Below, in pieces: positions 18,439-28,643 of a DNA stretch of 64,000 nucleotides. Under the pieces are notes generated by a model. The model was not told where the DNA came from, made no database searches, and saw nothing but the letters and a program-made list of their open reading frames with translations. Source of the stretch: Candidatus Sumerlaeales bacterium (GTDB lineage Bacteria > Sumerlaeota > Sumerlaeia > Sumerlaeales > Sumerlaeaceae); the NCBI GenBank assembly GCA_036675025.1, contig JAKFFN010000101.1, positions 3,975-67,974 on the forward strand, written 5' to 3'. Every line of letters begins with the position of its first letter. Within the stretch, counting starts at the first letter, position 1. Both the position numbers and the translations under genes were made by a program.

Positions 18439-20864
18439 TACCCTTTAGCCACCTGATCAAACCCAAACGTCATCGGCCATCCCGCATACTGTTTCGCCTC
18501 CGGCGCGGCCGGGTCCGCGTCCCACCGCCAGCAGTGTAGGGTGTACTCGCGGGTATCGAGATCTACGTCAACTATGCCGTAGCCTTCCGCCTTCAGGTTG
18601 CGATCCCCGATTCCCTGGCCGCGCCCCTTAATGTGCTTGCGATACTCCTTAAAGGTTATCGACGGGTTCGCCACCGCCAGAACTCGCATCTTGTTGCCGA
18701 ATCCATCCTGGAAATCGCCCGTGTTGGGCGTTTCCCCGGCGTTTGCCAGCGGCTGAGCCGGCTCAAACCACCGTGTCCAACTCGTTGATCCCGCCGGACC
18801 GGAAAACTGGATCGGGCCATCCGTGTACGTATCATCGCCCAACCTTATTACCGACCCCAGGTGCTGATCGCCAGCCAGAATGAGTACGTTCGCATCGCGA
18901 AGCAGCCGCACCGCATGAATGCGCGCCAGCGGCGGATATCCGTTGGAATCGAAATCCACTACCGCAAGACCGTCAGGACTTGTCTGCGCACAACCCAGCA
19001 GCGTCGCAGTCAGGCAGATGCGCGCATCTGCATCCTTAACCTTCTGTCCCCATTCCTTAACAAACTTTTCCTGCCTATCACCCAGCAACTCTGGCACATG
19101 CATGTTCAGGCTTTCACCCTGGATCGGCGCCGTTTTAAACTTCCGATCTTCCAGCAGACAGAATTCCACGCCCCCATACTTGAACGCGCAATAGTAGACG
19201 CCAATTCCCTGCTGAACCGGCCGCGGGTCATACGGGTCCGGGTTATGCCCACATTGCGTCGCCTGAACCATGTTCACCCACGAAGCCGCACGTACGTAGC
19301 CGCCAAGGTCCTGGTTTCCATCCGGCGCCTGCCGTCCGCCGTTGCCCCAAAGATTGCCGTGGTAAACGTCGTGATCATCCACCAGCACGAGGGTCGGGCG
19401 ATCCCGTGTAATTTCCCGGTACGACCACAACCACAGGTAGTACTTGTACAGGTAATCAAATATCGGGTTTTCATCCCGCACCTTTGTTGTCGGATTTGTC
19501 TCGTAAAACTGATCCCCCACAAACGCCAGCATGTCCGGGTTGAGTTTCTTCGAGCCCTCTACGATCTCCGTGTAAGGCATGTAAATGCATTGGGGCGTGT
19601 AGCGTCCCAAGTCCTGTGAGTTCGGCAACTGCCTGCGTCCGCCGCCGCCGTCGAGATTCCGCGCTGCTGCGATGGTGCAGCTGTACAGCCCGATGCGAAG
19701 CTGCCGGCCTGCGTGGCGCGGGTCACGCCGCACCGTTCCTTCATAATAGGCTTTCCGCCCCTGCCCCGTGCCGTCGTCTTCATACGCCACCCGGTATTGC
19801 CAGTCCTTGCTGTCGTCCCAGTTGTCCAGACGAAAGGTCGCACAGTACCCTCCCGCAATCTCCTTCCGCGCGACTTCCCGCCAGGTCCCCTGCCCCGCTT
19901 CCCGCACCTCCAGAGTCACATGCTGGGGATCACTGGCAGAGATCGGCATCAGTTGCGCCGTCATCTTCATGACATTTCCATTTAGCGAAAACAAAGTACC
20001 CAGCACCGGACCAACCGCACGCTCCCCAGACCGTCCGACCTTGTCGCCATCTGCCGTAACATCTTTAAACCAGTATCGGGCGCCATCCGGACCCGAAGTC
20101 GCTGCGGAAACCAGCATGATCCCGCCGAGCAATTCCTCTTCCTTTACTCCTTCCAGCACCGCACTTGAGACAACAGCATCTCCATCCTTTGCCGTCAGCG
20201 TCAATGCATACTCCCCGCCGCCGGGCGCCACCTGCAGTGTCAGCGTCAATGGCTGACCGCTATACGCCACCGTACCAGCCATTTTTGTTGAAGGAAGTTC
20301 CTTATACTCCTGCCACTTGTCTTCGCTCGTGTGCTCCCGAAAAGCCGCTTTGCCGTCGGTATCCACCACGCAAAGCAAACCGCCGCCTTCGCCCGATGCT
20401 TTCTGCACGAGCGCTGCCGCCCGGTAATCAAGCTTGCCGGCGCCTGCGCCTACCAGGAATCCGCCAAAGCCTTTTCCCTTCGGAGAGATTCGGCCGAGAG
20501 TAGCCGTAATCGTTGCCGATCCTTCGCCCGGCTTCAGGTCGCGGGTTATCAAAGATACCGTCCGCAGATCCGGCCCCTTTTCGTCGGACACGCACTCAAT
20601 CCGGCCTTCTATCAGCCGCCAGTCTTGAAGCCTGTTCCCCCAAAAATGCGGGCCAAGCCACTCCCGCTGCACGTAGTCAGGCAAAGCTTTTGTGTCTTCC
20701 ACGGCATTAAGAAGCGCGGCATTTTCTTTCCCGACTGCTCCCCCTGCTGCACTGGTTTCACTACCAGTTGTCTCCGCTTTGGCTCCAGGAATAAGGACTG
20801 GAACAATAGCTCCTGCCATAGCCATTTTTAAAAAGTCACGACGACGAATTGGGAAATTGCTCAA
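18438..20864 (-). CDS. Tat-secreted PhoD-like metallophosphatase with large N-terminal extension
   Basis: RRRDFLKMAMAGA Tat signal (PhoD is a classic Tat substrate). AFVGDQFYE and LVDDHDVYHGN match the PhoD metallophosphatase motifs. Confidence 0.7.
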   Translation of the reverse strand: MSNFPIRRRDFLKMAMAGAIVPVLIPGAKAETTGSETSAAGGAVGKENAALLNAVEDTKALPDYVQREWLGPHFWGNRLQDWRLIEGRIECVSDEKGPDLRTVSLITRDLKPGEGSATITATLGRISPKGKGFGGFLVGAGAGKLDYRAAALVQKASGEGGGLLCVVDTDGKAAFREHTSEDKWQEYKELPSTKMAGTVAYSGQPLTLTLQVAPGGGEYALTLTAKDGDAVVSSAVLEGVKEEELLGGIMLVSAATSGPDGARYWFKDVTADGDKVGRSGERAVGPVLGTLFSLNGNVMKMTAQLMPISASDPQHVTLEVREAGQGTWREVARKEIAGGYCATFRLDNWDDSKDWQYRVAYEDDGTGQGRKAYYEGTVRRDPRHAGRQLRIGLYSCTIAAARNLDGGGGRRQLPNSQDLGRYTPQCIYMPYTEIVEGSKKLNPDMLAFVGDQFYETNPTTKVRDENPIFDYLYKYYLWLWSYREITRDRPTLVLVDDHDVYHGNLWGNGGRQAPDGNQDLGGYVRAASWVNMVQATQCGHNPDPYDPRPVQQGIGVYYCAFKYGGVEFCLLEDRKFKTAPIQGESLNMHVPELLGDRQEKFVKEWGQKVKDADARICLTATLLGCAQTSPDGLAVVDFDSNGYPPLARIHAVRLLRDANVLILAGDQHLGSVIRLGDDTYTDGPIQFSGPAGSTSWTRWFEPAQPLANAGETPNTGDFQDGFGNKMRVLAVANPSITFKEYRKHIKGRGQGIGDRNLKAEGYGIVDVDLDTREYTLHCWRWDADPAAPEAKQYAGWPMTFGFDQVAKG

Positions 20865-20982
20865 TGGATTTACCCCTTGAAAATTTGGACGCGGTCGGCA
20901 TCAATGCCCGCAGTAAAAGCGGCGTCGGAGGCCTGCTGCCTGCGACGCCGCGATAGTTCTCAATCACACAAAAAGGCAGCCA

Positions 20983-22506
20983 CTACTCGGCATTCTGCCG
21001 CGCCTTTGCGCGCTTGCCTTTGCCACCTTTCTTACCTTCACCTTGCTTTGCACTTGTCGTTTCCTGCGTCTGACCCTGGTCTTTGTCCTGCTTCTCCATG
21101 GCTCGTTTGTAGGCTTTTCCGCCAATATCTGTTGCCTTTAGCGGACCTTTCATTTCCCAGCTGTCGCCTTTGGATTCCATCCAATTCTTAAGAATCCCCT
21201 CTAGCTTTTCCACGCGGGGCTTCATGGCCGCATCAGCATAAAGATTATTTTTCTCTTCCGGGTCTTTTGCTATATCGTAGAACTCAGGAGCCTTGCCAGT
21301 ACTCTTCTGCCACACGATAAGCTTGCTGTCCTGCGTGCGCACTGCCCGGTAGGCAACTCCCGGGAATTTCCAGTTCTGGTAATCCGGCGCTTCCGTAATC
21401 GACCAGGTAATATCATGCGGTTCGCCATCTGCCAGCACCGGCGTCAGGTCTCGGCCATGCCATTCCTTCGGCGGCTCTGCGCCCGACAGCTTTACAAATG
21501 TCGGCGGCAGATCCAGGCTCGAAGCAACAGCCGTGGTCTTGCCCTTGGCCTTAATTACGCCCGGACCCCACACCATCATTGGGACACGAATGCTGTCTTC
21601 AAAAGGCACCGCTTTGCCCTGCATTCCGCGATTGCCCATCATAAAACCGTTGTCGCCCATAAAAGCCACAACCGTGTTACTCGCCATGCCGGTCTCATCA
21701 AGGGTCTTCAGGATCCGTCCCAGTTCAATGTCGACCGAAGTTATAGCAGCCACGTAATCCAGCCACTTGCTGGCATCGCTGCCAGTGGTTTCACCTTCAT
21801 ATGTCGGAGGCAGAACATCTTCCAGTTTCTTCCCGGCATAAGGCGCAGTCGCAGCTTCCGGGTTAGGCTGAAACGGACTGTGAGGCGCTGTCATGGCCAC
21901 CCACAAAAATAGGGACTCAGTTGTGTCCGAAGAGTTGTGTCTCTTAATGATGTCGACAGCGGAATCACCAAATGCTACCTGTGTGAAACCTTCGTGCGGT
22001 GTCTGCTCGCGACTTTTGCCATGGGCAAGTTTCAGGTCTTTATAAGCCCCTGCCCCGGGCGGATACCAGGTTCCCATTTCTTCAAAGCCCACGTTCCAGG
22101 GATCAGCCGGAATGTGCCACTTACCTACCAGCGCCGTATGATAGCCGTTAGCCGCCATCACTTCCGGCAGGCAATTATACTGGTCAAACCCATGAGGCGA
22201 AACCGTATCCAGCCGGGCCGACTGGTTGGAATACCTGCCGTTAGCGTGGCTGCCCAGGCCCGTAAGCAGCGCCGCGCGCGAAGGCACGCACTGCGGGTTA
22301 TGGATTGTCGCCTCTCGAAAATACACACCCTCACTGGCCAAACGGTCCATGTTCGGCGTATGCATGTTAGGGTTGTCCGCCGCCCCCAGCGCATCCCAGC
22401 GGTGGTCGTCAGAGATCATAAAAATAATATTCGGCTTATCCTGGGCGAGAACAGGAACTGCAGCCATTAGCGCGAGACATGTAAGCGTAAATCGGGGAAG
22501 CTTCAT
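20983..22506 (-). CDS. sulfatase (formylglycine-dependent arylsulfatase family)
   Basis: C-x-P-x-R formylglycine motif QCVPSRAALLTG. MISDDHRWDALG metal-binding N-terminus. The track start is TTG at 22557; I prefer ATG at 22506 (MKLPRFTLTCLALMAAVPVLA signal). K/G-rich C-terminal tail. Confidence 0.85.
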   Translation of the reverse strand: MKLPRFTLTCLALMAAVPVLAQDKPNIIFMISDDHRWDALGAADNPNMHTPNMDRLASEGVYFREATIHNPQCVPSRAALLTGLGSHANGRYSNQSARLDTVSPHGFDQYNCLPEVMAANGYHTALVGKWHIPADPWNVGFEEMGTWYPPGAGAYKDLKLAHGKSREQTPHEGFTQVAFGDSAVDIIKRHNSSDTTESLFLWVAMTAPHSPFQPNPEAATAPYAGKKLEDVLPPTYEGETTGSDASKWLDYVAAITSVDIELGRILKTLDETGMASNTVVAFMGDNGFMMGNRGMQGKAVPFEDSIRVPMMVWGPGVIKAKGKTTAVASSLDLPPTFVKLSGAEPPKEWHGRDLTPVLADGEPHDITWSITEAPDYQNWKFPGVAYRAVRTQDSKLIVWQKSTGKAPEFYDIAKDPEEKNNLYADAAMKPRVEKLEGILKNWMESKGDSWEMKGPLKATDIGGKAYKRAMEKQDKDQGQTQETTSAKQGEGKKGGKGKRAKARQNAE

Positions 22507-22582
22507 TGTCTGTATCATAATGATCATGGCACTAAACACGCGACAAGCCCACAGCAAGAACTAGTTGAGGTTGCTGTCGCTT

Positions 22583-23197
22583 TTATAGACCAAAGTTCGA
22601 CGGTTCAAGATCGATGAGTTCAAGCCCGAGGTTCTTTTCGGCAATGTAACCTTCAGTCCGCGTTACAAGGTTGATCTCTTCCAGCGCCAGCTTGAAGGTT
22701 TCCTCAAAAAGCTCCGCGAATTCCGTAGCCGACTTCGCCGCCTGCGACGAGAAAAAAACCTCGCTCGTCTCGTAGTTCCACACCATTTCAAAGAAGTTCG
22801 TGATCGGCGTGATGGAATTCAGCAGCTTCATCTTCACCAGGTCACGCACTTCATTTATCTCTTCTTTTGAAAGCTTGCGGCCGCTGCGTTCGCTTTTTTT
22901 TGCCCGGATCGCCTCAGTGATCTGCGCCTTCAACATCGGCAGCGACACGTTTTTTTTATCTCGGCGGATGCCCAACAGGATGTACTTACCCAGCACCACC
23001 TTCTCCACCGGCAGCGAAGAATCAAGAGGATCAAACGGCTGAACCCACCCGATAGACAACTCCGGGTTTGTCTGCGGGTTAATCTCCCGAAAAGCAAAAC
23101 GCGCCAGGTTCTGCGCCAGGGTTTGCTGAAAATCCCGCGGGATATCGTCAACCACGCGAAACTTGCGATAGGTAAAGGTGCCAGAAAACAGAGCCAT
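22583..23197 (-). CDS. conserved hypothetical protein
   Basis: Probable start MALFSGTFTYRKFRV (the track start is an upstream GTG). No confident family assignment. Confidence 0.4.
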   Translation of the reverse strand: MALFSGTFTYRKFRVVDDIPRDFQQTLAQNLARFAFREINPQTNPELSIGWVQPFDPLDSSLPVEKVVLGKYILLGIRRDKKNVSLPMLKAQITEAIRAKKSERSGRKLSKEEINEVRDLVKMKLLNSITPITNFFEMVWNYETSEVFFSSQAAKSATEFAELFEETFKLALEEINLVTRTEGYIAEKNLGLELIDLEPSNFGL

Positions 23198-23321
23198 AAT
23201 AGTTGGGGTTATGCGAAGCCCGAAGGAGCGGGTCAATGGGAAACAGCAGGCCCCGGAAGGCAGCACAAAAAAAGAGGCCCGCCGCTAGGGGGCGAGCCTC
23301 TTCTAAGGTTATATGCCTGGT

Positions 23322-24689
23322 TTATGCTGCAGGAGTTGTTGGCGCATCTGCCGGCGTAGTAGCCGGGGTCGCCTGTGGAGTTACAGCAGGTGCAGCCTCC
23401 GCTGCCGAAGTCGTTTTAGCGTCTTCAACCCGCGCTTCCGCCGCAGCCTGCGGCTTTTCCGGAGCCGCAGCCTCTGACGCCTTTGCCTCAGCGCTGAGCC
23501 CTTCCGTCAACTGCTTATCAGCCGCCACAAACTTCCCGTTCTTTACCTGCGCCATCTGCACCGGGCGCTTTGTGTCACCCTCTTCATCGAAATAGGTTTT
23601 CCCGACGACTCCGTCATAAGCGGTCTCAGGCGAATTTACGCTCTGCAGATACTTGAGAACCGCATCCCGCGTAAACCCGTTCTTTTTCAACCCCTCGCAA
23701 ACCATGCTGAGCGCGTCATAGCTGAGCGCCGACCATGCATCAGGCTCGCGATTATTGCGTTCTTTAAACGCCGCGGCAAATTTCGCGGCCTTTTCCCCGC
23801 CCAGTTCCAGCAGGAATGGACACGAGATGATCGCCCCCTCAGCGGCATCACCCGCCAGGTTGATAAACTGCGTCGAAAATACGCCGTCCCCGCCGATCAG
23901 CTGCGTCTGAATCCCCATGTCGCGGGCCTGCCGCGCAATGTTGGCTGCCTGCGTGTAAAGCCCTGCGACCAGGATAATATCCGGCTGCGGCTGCGTTCCC
24001 TGGATGGTCGTCAGCTGCGACCGGAAATCTGGCGCGTCTCTGTTGTACGCCAGCTCAGTTACAACATTGAGTCCCAGCTCCGATGCCCGCTCCTTAAAAC
24101 TCTCCTTCAGGCCAGTACCATAGTCATCATTATCAAAGAGTATGGCTGCGTTCTTCTTCCCTAGTACCTGCGAGGAGTACGTCGCCAGTGATTGTCCCTG
24201 GAAGTCATCCGTAAAAATATTGCGGAACGCGTAGTCAGTATCCTTCGTCACCTCAACGTTAGTACTTGCCGGGCTGAACATCACCAGTCCCGCCTGGGTG
24301 TAAATCCCCTTACCAGCCAGCGAACAGGAGCTGTTAAAGTGGCCGATCACCGCCAGCACGCTGTCGTCGCTGGCCAAAGTTGTTGCCACAGTCTGTGCTT
24401 GCTCAGCTTTTCCGGCATCATCTTCGTAGATCAGTTTAAGCTTGCGCCCATTGATTCCGCCCGCTGAATTCAATTCTTCTTCAAAAAGCTCAGCTCCCAG
24501 TCTCATTTGGGCCCCAAACTCGCTGCTGTCACCGGTAAATGGCGCTGCAACCGCTACCACGAATTCCTCACCGTCAGAACTCGCTCCACTGTCAGCTGAA
24601 CCGCCATCTTTACCGCCACCGCAGCCTGTAAGCAAAGCAACGGTTGAAAAACTTACAATTAACACATTAATGAATGGAAAAAAGCGCAT
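23322..24689 (-). CDS. ABC-type branched-chain amino acid binding lipoprotein (LivJ/LivK family), orphan
   Basis: Lipoprotein signal ..LLTGCGG. Periplasmic-binding-protein type I fold motifs. A/P/T-rich C-terminal tail. No permease or ATPase genes adjacent. Confidence 0.8.
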   Translation of the reverse strand: MRFFPFINVLIVSFSTVALLTGCGGGKDGGSADSGASSDGEEFVVAVAAPFTGDSSEFGAQMRLGAELFEEELNSAGGINGRKLKLIYEDDAGKAEQAQTVATTLASDDSVLAVIGHFNSSCSLAGKGIYTQAGLVMFSPASTNVEVTKDTDYAFRNIFTDDFQGQSLATYSSQVLGKKNAAILFDNDDYGTGLKESFKERASELGLNVVTELAYNRDAPDFRSQLTTIQGTQPQPDIILVAGLYTQAANIARQARDMGIQTQLIGGDGVFSTQFINLAGDAAEGAIISCPFLLELGGEKAAKFAAAFKERNNREPDAWSALSYDALSMVCEGLKKNGFTRDAVLKYLQSVNSPETAYDGVVGKTYFDEEGDTKRPVQMAQVKNGKFVAADKQLTEGLSAEAKASEAAAPEKPQAAAEARVEDAKTTSAAEAAPAVTPQATPATTPADAPTTPAA

Positions 24690-24867
24690 ATATGTTCGAC
24701 TCTCTTGATTCGTGTTTAATTTGTTAGTTCATGACAAATGGAGTACGACAAGGATTTTCCACCTCATCTAGCTTATCAACAGCGCCTTAGTGCCGGTTTT
24801 GCATATACTAAAATTGTGAACAAACACTTATTGTTCCACCGCGTGCGGAAAGGTAGATAGAAGAAGT

Positions 24868-26784
24868 ATGTCGCAACTGCTCGTTATCAAAGGCCCGAAT
24901 CTTGGCGTCTCATATGTGCTGGGAGAGCGCACACGAATTGGCAGGCTGGGGGAAAACGAAATTCAGGTTCCGGATCCGAACGTATCCAGGACCCATGCGG
25001 AAGTTGTTCAAGATGGCGAAGAGTTCGTCATATATGATCGCGGATCAAAAAACGGCGTTCTAATTAATGGTAACGAAGTTGCCGAAAAGCGCCTGGTGAA
25101 AAACGATGAGGTCACCATCGGTGGCTCCACCTTTATCTTCAATGGCGACTTTGCCATCCACAATTCCCGCTTTACCGACAATTCAGTCTACATCTACAAA
25201 GGCACGCCAAAGAAATCCCTGTTTGATGATGCCATAACCATCGATGCTCTCAAAGAGTCTCCTTCTGATTCAGGTTTTGCCCTCGTAAATCTGGCCAGGG
25301 CCTTTGCTGAGGAGCCGGCAACGCTGCCCAGCCTGGCCGAGCGTATTTGCGATGTAACTCAAAAGCATTTTGCAGCCGACCACGTTGTGCTTTTTCTGCA
25401 GGATCACCCCACAAGCGAAATGCGGCCGTTCGTCGCAGTACCCCAGAATGAATCCGTCTACCTTGGAAACGGGCTGATTACCAGCGCCCTTGATAGCAGA
25501 AAAGCTATCAGCGTTGTTGATACCGTGCCCTCACCCCCGGGACTTGATATGGAGCCTGCGGCTGGCAGCGATATGGCCGGAGCCTCACATCGCCCAAAGA
25601 AATCGACCACAGGCGCTTCAGAGCAGGCAATTATGTGCGCTCCCCTGCTTACCGGCGCCGACGCCAGCGGCATGCTTGTGGTTTCCAGGCACGGCAGCGA
25701 AGCCTATTCAAAAGAAGACCTGGCCCTGCTTCAGGCCATTGCCTCTATCGCCCGCCTCAGTCTTCATTCCGTCCGCGAAATCGAGCGAGCCACACGCGCT
25801 GCGGCACAAGCTCAGGCCCCGATGGATGCCGAGCAGCGCACGGCCAGCACCCGCAGCCTTCGCATTCAGGAAATCTATAATTCCGCCAAGCGCAGCGCCG
25901 ACGGCGAAGGCACCGTACTCATTACTGGTGAACGTGGAACTGGCAAAGAAACCCTGGCCCGTTACATCCATGAATCCGGATCTCGCGCCAGCGGCCCCTT
26001 TGTCTGCTTTAACTGTTCCGGTATTCCCCCAGAGCAGTTTGAACGCGAATTTTTTGGTTATGAAAAACAGGCATTCGAAGGTGCTGTCTCAACGACTGCC
26101 GGGAAAGTTGAAGAAGCCCAGGGCGGCACATTATTCCTCGATGATATTGGTGAACTGGATCTTTCCCTGCAGCCGCTGCTACTGCGCTTCCTGCAAGATC
26201 GCGCCTTCTATCGCCAGGGCGCCAACCGCCCTATCGAGGCAGACATCCGCGTGATTGCCGCAACCAACGCAGACCTTGCTGCCGCTGTTCGCGCAGGAAA
26301 GTTCCGCGAAGATCTCTGGTACAGACTCAATGTGGTCCCCTTCCACATGCCGCCCCTGCGTGAACGCCGCGAAGACATCGGTCCTCTCCTCGACTTCTTC
26401 ATCAGCCGCCATGCTACGGCCCTGAATCGTAAAGTGCTGGGTGCCAATGACAGCACTGTATCGCTGCTGCAGAAGTATGACTGGCCCGGCAATATCCGCG
26501 AACTCAGCAACGCCGTGGAACGGGCCGTACTACTGGCTGAGGGCAAAGTTCTCGCGACTTCTGATTTCTCTCACATAGAAGAAGCCCGCAGGCGCCTGAA
26601 TTCCCAGGCTGACCTCGAACGCAAGCGCGACACCAAACCTCTCGCCGAAGTGGAGCGTCAGCACATCATCATCGCCCTGAAGAAGCACAACTTCAACCAG
26701 GCCCGCGCCGCAGAGGCACTCGGCCTCCACCGCAATACCCTTCGCAACAAGATTATCGAGTACGGTATCGAAATCTCCAAGTAA
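24868..26784 (+). CDS. FHA-GAF-AAA+ sigma54-dependent transcriptional activator (Fis-family HTH)
   Basis: N-terminal FHA ([22 protein letters not shown]...NGVLING), a central GAF-like region, Walker A GERGTGKE, a GAFEGA variant of the GAFTGA loop, and a C-terminal Fis-type HTH ([17 protein letters not shown]). Confidence 0.85.
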   Translation: MSQLLVIKGPNLGVSYVLGERTRIGRLGENEIQVPDPNVSRTHAEVVQDGEEFVIYDRGSKNGVLINGNEVAEKRLVKNDEVTIGGSTFIFNGDFAIHNSRFTDNSVYIYKGTPKKSLFDDAITIDALKESPSDSGFALVNLARAFAEEPATLPSLAERICDVTQKHFAADHVVLFLQDHPTSEMRPFVAVPQNESVYLGNGLITSALDSRKAISVVDTVPSPPGLDMEPAAGSDMAGASHRPKKSTTGASEQAIMCAPLLTGADASGMLVVSRHGSEAYSKEDLALLQAIASIARLSLHSVREIERATRAAAQAQAPMDAEQRTASTRSLRIQEIYNSAKRSADGEGTVLITGERGTGKETLARYIHESGSRASGPFVCFNCSGIPPEQFEREFFGYEKQAFEGAVSTTAGKVEEAQGGTLFLDDIGELDLSLQPLLLRFLQDRAFYRQGANRPIEADIRVIAATNADLAAAVRAGKFREDLWYRLNVVPFHMPPLRERREDIGPLLDFFISRHATALNRKVLGANDSTVSLLQKYDWPGNIRELSNAVERAVLLAEGKVLATSDFSHIEEARRRLNSQADLERKRDTKPLAEVERQHIIIALKKHNFNQARAAEALGLHRNTLRNKIIEYGIEISK

Positions 26785-26829
26785 CAACCGTACCGCTTCT
26801 GCAGAAATCGTGCGATCTTGATACTCAAG

Positions 26830-26864
26830 CCATGCACGTGCATGAACTCCGTGCACGTGCATGG
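26830..26864. other. 13-bp-stem hairpin built from two copies of the palindrome CATGCACGTGCATG
   Basis: CCATGCACGTGCA-tgaactccg-TGCACGTGCATGG, 46 nt after the sigma54-activator stop. No U-tract. Confidence 0.6.
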
Positions 26865-26935
26865 CCCTTCCATTCCTACCGCCTGGCCTAAATCTCAACA
26901 TCCATACGCCAGCCATCCCGCTCTGCTTATCTTCT

Positions 26936-27027
26936 CACGCGGCGCAGCCGCCCTTCTCACCTTCTCACCCTCTCACCTTCTCACGGCGCGAAGCGCCCCT
27001 TCTCACCTTCCACGCGGCGCAGCCGCC
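26936..27027. repeat. compound repeat element: 17-bp direct repeats flanking (CTTCTCACC)x5 and a GGCGCGAAGCGCC palindrome
   Basis: CACGCGGCGCAGCCGCC at both ends. The internal nonamer-like copies are ccttctcac, cttctcacc, ctctcacc, ttctcac and ccttctcacc. Ends ~80 bp upstream of lysA. Confidence 0.7.
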
Positions 27028-27104
27028 GAAGCTGCATTTATCCACAAATCTCCCGCGCGTGCCGCGGTAGCACTTTCTGCTAATCGGCCAAGGAGACCAG
27101 AACA

Positions 27105-28382
27105 TTGAGCTTACCATCCCGCGAACGCCTCGAAGAAATTGCCGCGAAAGTCGGCACACCATTCTGGCTCTACGACGCCGGTGCTCTGCGCCGCCGCATT
27201 GACAACGTTCTGGCCGTTTGCAAACCTGGTGACGTTCAACCGCGATACGCCATGAAAGCAAACAGCGCCACCATCGTGCTGAAGGAAATGCAGAAGCGCG
27301 GCATCTGGATAGATGCAGTAAGCGGTAACGAATGCCTCCGTGCCCTCCGCGCCGGTTTTAAATCCGGATCAAATCCGCCCGAAGTCATGCTCACTGCCGA
27401 TGTCTTCCGCGACAATGCCCTGGAAGTAGTCCATGAACACCAGTTCCAGGTCAATATCGGTTCCCCCGGCATGATCCGTGAGCTGGCCGAGGCTGAGTAT
27501 CGCGGCGACATTGCCATCCGCCTCAACCCCGGGTTTGGTCACGGTCATGTAAATGCCTGCGACACCGGCGGCCCCAGTTCAAAGCACGGCATCTGGTGGT
27601 CTCATGCCGCTGAATCAGTAAATCTCGCCCGCAAGTATAACCTTAAAATCAATGTTCTACACGCTCACATCGGTTCCGGCCCCAGGATGGAAGAACTCGT
27701 CTCAAACCTCAGCCGCCTGGCCGACGAATTCGCCAGGGTTGCCCCGGATTTCCCGGACCTTAAAGCCATCAGCCTTGGCGGCGGCATCCCCCATAACTAC
27801 CGGGAGGACCAACCGGAGCCCGATCTTACCAGGCTTGGCGAAGTTTTCGCCCACGCCCGCACCGTTCTTAACCGCGCGGCAGGTCGCAACATCCGCATTG
27901 AGATTGAACCGGGCCGCTATTACGTTGCCCCCATGGCCACCCTCGTCAGCCGCGTTGCCGATGTTAAAAAGACCGAGTCCAACGAGAAAGGTAAAGGTCA
28001 CGAATTCGTCATGGTCGATGCCGGCTTCGTAGATCTTGTGCGCCCTGCCATGTACGGCAGCTATCACAAAATTACTGTCCCCGGGAAGGAGAACCTTCCC
28101 GCCGAACCTTTCGTGGTGGCCGGGCCGCTCTGCGAATCTGGTGACGTCTTTACCCGCGATGCCGATGAACTCCTCGCACCGCGGGCTCTCCCCCGCCCCG
28201 TCCCGGGCGATCTGCTCTGTCTTCACGACGGCGGCGCTTATGGCTATACCATGGCCAGCAACTACAACAGCATCGGTCGCGCACCACAGGTCTGGCTCGA
28301 AGAAGACGGCACCGCCACCCAGGTCAGCCGCCGCGAAACCGTCGAAGACGTCCTCAAAGCAGAAACCAACCGACCGCTGTAA
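27105..28382 (+). CDS. lysA: diaminopimelate decarboxylase-like PLP-dependent (fold III) decarboxylase
   Basis: TTG start with AAGGAGACC SD. AMKAN PLP-lysine motif, GGG loop, CESGD and GAYGYTMASNYN C-terminal motifs. An ODC/CANSDC-type paralog cannot be excluded. Confidence 0.7.
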   Translation: MSLPSRERLEEIAAKVGTPFWLYDAGALRRRIDNVLAVCKPGDVQPRYAMKANSATIVLKEMQKRGIWIDAVSGNECLRALRAGFKSGSNPPEVMLTADVFRDNALEVVHEHQFQVNIGSPGMIRELAEAEYRGDIAIRLNPGFGHGHVNACDTGGPSSKHGIWWSHAAESVNLARKYNLKINVLHAHIGSGPRMEELVSNLSRLADEFARVAPDFPDLKAISLGGGIPHNYREDQPEPDLTRLGEVFAHARTVLNRAAGRNIRIEIEPGRYYVAPMATLVSRVADVKKTESNEKGKGHEFVMVDAGFVDLVRPAMYGSYHKITVPGKENLPAEPFVVAGPLCESGDVFTRDADELLAPRALPRPVPGDLLCLHDGGAYGYTMASNYNSIGRAPQVWLEEDGTATQVSRRETVEDVLKAETNRPL

Positions 28383-28400
28383 AGATGGATTTCAGCACGG

Positions 28401-28481
28401 TCCTACTGCTCCTATAAATCTTATTGGTCTTATAGGTCCTATTGGTCCTATTGGGCCTATTGGGCCTATTGGGCCTATTTG
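28401..28481. repeat. tandem nonamer repeat (YCCTATTGG)n, ~9 copies
   Basis: tcctactgc tcctataaa tcttattgg tcttatagg tcctattgg tcctattgg gcctattgg gcctattgg gcctatttg, immediately after the lysA stop. Confidence 0.8.
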
Positions 28482-28643
28482 CCCGCCTCAGATTTTCCTC
28501 CGCCGCACGCCGAGATGTCTTGACTACTCCCGCTTTTAATTTACAGTTAAATTTAAGTAGGCAATTCATCTATTATCCACGTAGTCCTTTGAGATAAATT
28601 GGCATTTCTCAGTGGCTACGATCTCAACCTTGAGGAGGAGATC

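Noticed and set aside
28354-28569. Minus-strand ORF with RPNRPNRPNRTNRT repeats; possible CRISPR-like array
   Set aside because: The period is 9 nt with no spacers: a simple tandem nonamer microsatellite. It is neither a CRISPR array nor a credible gene.
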